NCBI RefSeq assembly: GCF_006345805.1
Contig: NW_021827832.1
Span: 1-9,771 of the forward strand
DNA: 9,771 nucleotides
From: Octopus sinensis
Lineage: Eukaryota
Reading direction: 5' to 3'
In this document: in pieces, positions 6,131-9,771 of the stretch
Layout of the letters: each line of letters opens with the position of its first letter
How positions within the stretch are numbered: position 1 is the stretch's first letter
Notes under the pieces: model-generated
The model's database searches: none
The model's input: only the letters and a program-made list of their open reading frames with translations
Told to the model about the DNA's origin: nothing
Program-made: the position numbers and the translations under genes

Positions 6131-8021
6131 AACAATGATATCCCGGCACTGTATGGACTTCGCAAGGACCATAAAGGTTTTACTGACCCTATAGCAGGAC
6201 CACCAACAAGACCAGTCTGTGGAGCGAATATCGCTAGCAATTACAGAATCTCCTACTTCCTCTCATGATCATACGCCTATAATCAGGATGTCACCTGATG
6301 TGTGTGACAGCACAGAAGATCTCCTAAGCAGGATCAGTGACTGTAACAAAACTTGTGACTTGACAGGATGTATAGTAGGTAGCATGGATGTGGTATCCCT
6401 ATACCCATCGATTGACGTAGATTTTGCAGTGGAGAAGTGCGTGGAGATGATCAACGAGAGCAGGTGGTGTTCTGTAATGTCGACACAGAAGAACTGGCCT
6501 CCTACTAGACTGACATATAATAGTGAATACTTAGATAAACATAATCTAGTAGTTTCTGCCCCAGTAGATGTTTAAGAGGTAGACCGCCTAACTTACTTCT
6601 ATGGCTAGGAAGACACATATAGAAAGATGGCGCGGATGGACCAGAGCCTACGGAGCCCCGCAAATGTCCATCAGGTAAAGAAAATGATCGCACATGCACT
6701 AGGAGCTAGTATAAGAGTTACCCTAAAAGGCCACACATTTAAATTTAATAATAAAATATATGCCGGACGGGGGGCAGCCATCGTGTTAGTATCGCTGGTG
6801 ATGTGGCCAACCTCTTCATGGTATGGTGGGACAGAAGGCTTAAAGAATGCCTACTGCAGAAATCCATACTCGTAAACATGTACTCTCGCTATGTTGATGA
6901 TATCAATATAGTAGTAAAGGCACCCCACAAGAGAGTACTGTTGATATAGTAATAGAAACTAATACTATGGAGAGCATCCAGCAAATAGCTAACTCCATCC
7001 ACCAGAGTATTAAGGTCACAATAGACTACCCCACTAAACACCCCAACCATAGACTACCAGTACTAGACACTGGAACTCTGGCTAAAATTGTGAAAAATAA
7101 AACCCAAATCCTTCATTCATACTATGCAAAACCTATGGCCTCAAAATACCTGATCCACCGGAACTCAGCCATTGCGGGCAATGCCAAATTCAATATTTTG
7201 ATGGCAGACCTCGTCAGAATAATGAGAAATGTGTCACGCATGTGCGAGCCTACAGAATTAAAAAGACACATACAGTACTTCATTCACCGCATGCAGTTCT
7301 CAGGTTACAGCCATAAAGAAAGGATCAGAGTATACAAAGGAGCCATGAAGAAATTTGATAATATATTATGTAATGATAGGAATGGGATTTGCCCACTCTA
7401 TAGGAACAAGTCATGGAACACTATAGAAAGGACAAAAAGAAAATAGGGAAGGCCAACTCTTGGTATGATAGCCATAAATACCAGAGTGTCATGTTCGTTG
7501 ACACCACCCCTGGAGGTGAACTAGCGTACCGCTTTAGAAGGACCCTAGATAAACTTAAACTAAGAATTAAGGTTGTTGAAAAGCCAGGCAACCCTATCAG
7601 ATCTATAATTGGTAGAAGCTATCCTTTAGTAGAACTCTCTGTACGGATAACTATTGCACTGTATGTAGATTTAGCCCACAAACGAACTGTAAAGCCAGAA
7701 ATGTGGTCTATAGTATAAGATGTATAGAGGGACGATGCAGTAACAAGACAGTAACATACGTAGGGGAAACTGCAAGAAGCATTGGTGAGCGGGTGAATGA
7801 ACATTGGAGACAACTCAAGGAAGGTAAAAGCTCATCGATTCTGTACCAACACGCCGAACAAGAACACGGGGGATCAATCAATAACATAGAGATTAAGATA
7901 TGTCCACACATAGAACAGATGCAACAATTAGACAAATTACAGAAGCTACACATATAATAGAAAATAACCTAGCCTGAATAGAAAACTAGAATGGAGCAAT
8001 AGCGCACACCACAACATATGA
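6127..8021 (+). pseudogene. Frameshifted PLE polyprotein: RT, thumb, Cys4 linker and GIY-YIG endonuclease
   Basis: IPALYGLRKDHK..RPVCGA (RT motifs 1/2); SMDVVSLYPSID (6381-6416); GAAI(G)VSIAGDVANLFMVWWD (from 6772, across a frameshift); RYVDD (6887-6901); IDYP..LPVLD; C-x4-C-x2-C-x7-C (7640-7690); VVYSIRC..C..YVGETARSIGERVNEH..H-x4-H; RQITEA..I..LNRKLEW. Reconstructed stop TGA at 8019-8021. Confidence 0.92.
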
Positions 8022-8080
8022 CAATAGTGGATCCTGCAAACATAATAAATACACAGGTAATTAAAGAAATAGAAATGAAT

Positions 8081-8200
8081 ATCTATATATATATGTATAT
8101 GTGTATATATATGTATATGTATATGTGTTATATGTGTGTGTATATGTATATATATATATATGTATATGTATGTGTATGTATTATATATATGTATATGTAT
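8081..8200. repeat. (TATATG)-type microsatellite within the presumed PLE 3' region
   Basis: Seen directly. Confidence 0.85.
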
Positions 8201-8530
8201 ATCCTTTTTTTTTTTTTTTCCATTAGATTTATTAATTTATTACTAATATATTGTTGTTATACATACATACAAGCATATGTAATGATAATAATGGGTGGAT
8301 GTAAACACATGAACAAAATTAGAACAAAAGCAACAACAACAAAAACAAAATACAAATTACAAGAATGTATATAACCAGAAGATACAAATATACAGGCATC
8401 CCCCCACACACACACTAAATAAACATAGACGCACATAGAGATAAACATGCGCAAATGAAGACATACAATAGAAATATAAAATGGCTGACGGTTAGTAAGG
8501 AGAGACACAAATAAGTGAGAAGAAAACAAA

Positions 8531-8574
8531 GGACCACTGATGCGGTCACAGGAGTGTGACGAAAGAACTTGGCC
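8531..8574 (+). ncRNA. Degenerate hammerhead ribozyme-like motif in the PLE 3' tail
   Basis: GGACCA-CTGATG-CG-GTCACA-GGAG-TGTGAC-GAAA-GAAC-TT-GGCC. Perfect 6-bp stem II between CTGATG and GAAA, sense to the ORF. A9 is missing and stems I and III are imperfect. Confidence 0.5.
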
Positions 8575-8765
8575 GAAATAAGATTAAGATTAATGTAAAA
8601 AATAAATATCATGAAGCAAAATACACCAAATATATAGTGCGTGTGTTTTTATTGGCTAAACTGGCAATATGACCATTCCAAATACACAATATTGTTTCAA
8701 CACACGACTTCACATAAAAAATCTTGCACAACAAATATTTAAACGTACTATATATATATATATAT

Positions 8766-8933
8766 TACATATATCAAGGGCTTCTTTCAGTTTCCGTCTA
8801 CAAATCCACTCAGAAGGCTTTGTTCAGCCAAGGATATAGTAGAAGACACTTGCCCAAGGTGCCATGCAGTGGGACTGACCGGAACCATGTGGTTGGTAAG
8901 CAAGCTACTTACCACACAGCCACTCCTGCGCCT
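8766..8933 (-). mobile_element. SINE family 1 head-only copy C with complete 5' end (AGGCGCAGGAGTGG on the minus strand)
   Basis: Near-identical to copy B. Confidence 0.9.
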
Positions 8934-9003
8934 ATGCAAAAATATACACACATACATATGCATGAGAAGACATGCATAAAACAAAACATACCAATCTACC
9001 AAT

Positions 9004-9137
9004 ATACATACATACAAAAATAACGTGTTCATGTTGTTGAAATCCCAATGAAGGAGGCTTGGATCTAGGTTTAGAAAACCTGCTCTTTCTCTCTTGGCAA
9101 GAAATCTTGAAATAAAACCGAATAATGACATACATAC
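9004..9137 (+). repeat. Small unclassified interspersed repeat bounded by (CATA)n
   Basis: An inverted partial copy lies at 9591-9670; both share a perfect 31-bp core. Confidence 0.65.
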
Positions 9138-9404
9138 ACACTACAAGTACAGCTGTCACTAGCAAGCTTACACGGGCTGGTAACATATTGATCCCAGCAT
9201 GTTTCAAACATTTATTCAATGAATCTACTCTAAATAGATCGAGCAGGCCAGAAATATATCCATAGCTACCAGCTTGCTGGCAAATAAAGACGTTTTGTTT
9301 CTCTTAACAGCAATTATGGAAAAAATGCAGGCTTCAAATTATCCCCCTTTAGCTCTAAGTGTTTCTAATAGTTGCCACCGGGGGTTTTCTTGTCTCTCTC
9401 TTCC

Positions 9405-9441
9405 TTAACCCTTTAGCTTTCAAACAGCTCTGTCAAATGTA
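9405..9441 (+). mobile_element. Possible TTAA-CCCTTT (piggyBac-like) MITE end
   Basis: TTAACCCTTTAG terminus typical of TTAA-targeting elements. Only about 35 bp, interrupted by the next element. Confidence 0.4.
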
Positions 9442-9485
9442 CAGTGATCCCTCGCTACTTCGCGGTTCAACTATCGCGAATTTTG
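9442..9485 (+). mobile_element. pogo/Tigger-like terminal inverted repeat fragment
   Basis: TA|CAGTGATCCCTCGCTACTTCGCGGTTCAACTATCGCG resembles Tigger-type TA-CAGT..CCCTCG ends. Truncated by AT-rich repeat. Confidence 0.55.
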
Positions 9486-9488
9486 AAA

Positions 9489-9581
9489 ATATATATATAT
9501 ATATAATATACATATATCTAGTTATATATATATTATATACTATATATATATATATTATTATATATATATATATTATATATA
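9489..9581. repeat. Degenerate (TA)n tract
   Basis: Seen directly. Confidence 0.9.
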
Positions 9582-9590
9582 GATACAAAT

Positions 9591-9670
9591 TCTAACCTAG
9601 ATCCAAGCCTCCTTCATTGGGATTAAAACAAGGTGAACAGGGTAGTTTTTGTATGTATGTATGTATGTAT
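9591..9670 (-). repeat. Partial inverted copy of the 9004-9137 repeat
   Basis: 9594-9624 is the exact reverse complement of 9041-9071; similarity extends into (ATAC)n. Confidence 0.8.
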
Positions 9671-9677
9671 ATTATTG

Positions 9678-9771
9678 CGGAGTGGTTGGCGTTAGGAAGG
9701 GCATCCAGCTGTAGAAACACTGCCAGATCAGACAGGGCCTGGTGCAGCCCTGGTTTCCCAACCCCAGTCGA
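9678..9771 (+). mobile_element. Fragment of the (TGA)n-tailed LINE 3'-end family, running off the window
   Basis: CGGAGTGGTTGGCGTTAGGAAGGGCATCCAGCTGTAGAAAC matches about 1019-1060. Confidence 0.8.

Larger units (their letters stand above)
5845..8748 (+). mobile_element. 5'-truncated Penelope-like retroelement (RT plus C-terminal GIY-YIG) with 5' inverted segment, between (TA)n tracts
   Basis: Protein motifs as listed for 6127-8021; inverted arm 5845-6130; (TA)n at 5807-5847 and 8749-8765. The 3' boundary is inferred from the right (TA)n tract. Confidence 0.88.

Noticed and set aside
5788-6240. 150-aa minus-strand ORF as an independent gene
   Set aside because: Chimera of the antisense RT start and the inverted duplicate of 7158-7476, running into (TA)n.
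5642-8927. B and C direct repeats as LTRs of an LTR retrotransposon
   Set aside because: The repeats are SINE heads with no TG..CA ends or primer-binding site, and the internal ORF is PLE-type (GIY-YIG, no integrase or protease).
1-9771. CRISPR array or prokaryotic operon
   Set aside because: No regularly spaced repeat-spacer units, and content is typical of an animal repeat-rich genome.

Overview
Eukaryotic, repeat-saturated, intron-like or intergenic DNA. The SINE families match those I recognise from octopus (coleoid cephalopod); this is recall, not a database search. No intact host protein-coding gene is evident, and most ORF-track entries are microsatellite or SINE read-throughs. The main element is a 5'-truncated Penelope-like retroelement (PLE, about 5845-8748). 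It encodes a reverse transcriptase, a Cys-rich linker and a C-terminal GIY-YIG endonuclease, broken by many single-base frameshifts. It carries a head-to-head inverted copy of an internal segment at its 5' end and a degenerate hammerhead-like motif in its 3' tail, and has (TA)n at both ends. A second, ORF-less element (2338-2559) has the same architecture in miniature: a 153-bp palindrome with a minimal type I hammerhead ribozyme motif on each strand. The rest is two tRNA-derived SINE families, LINE 3'-end fragments with (TGA)n tails, MITE and DNA-transposon ends, and long simple repeats, many arranged as inverted pairs.
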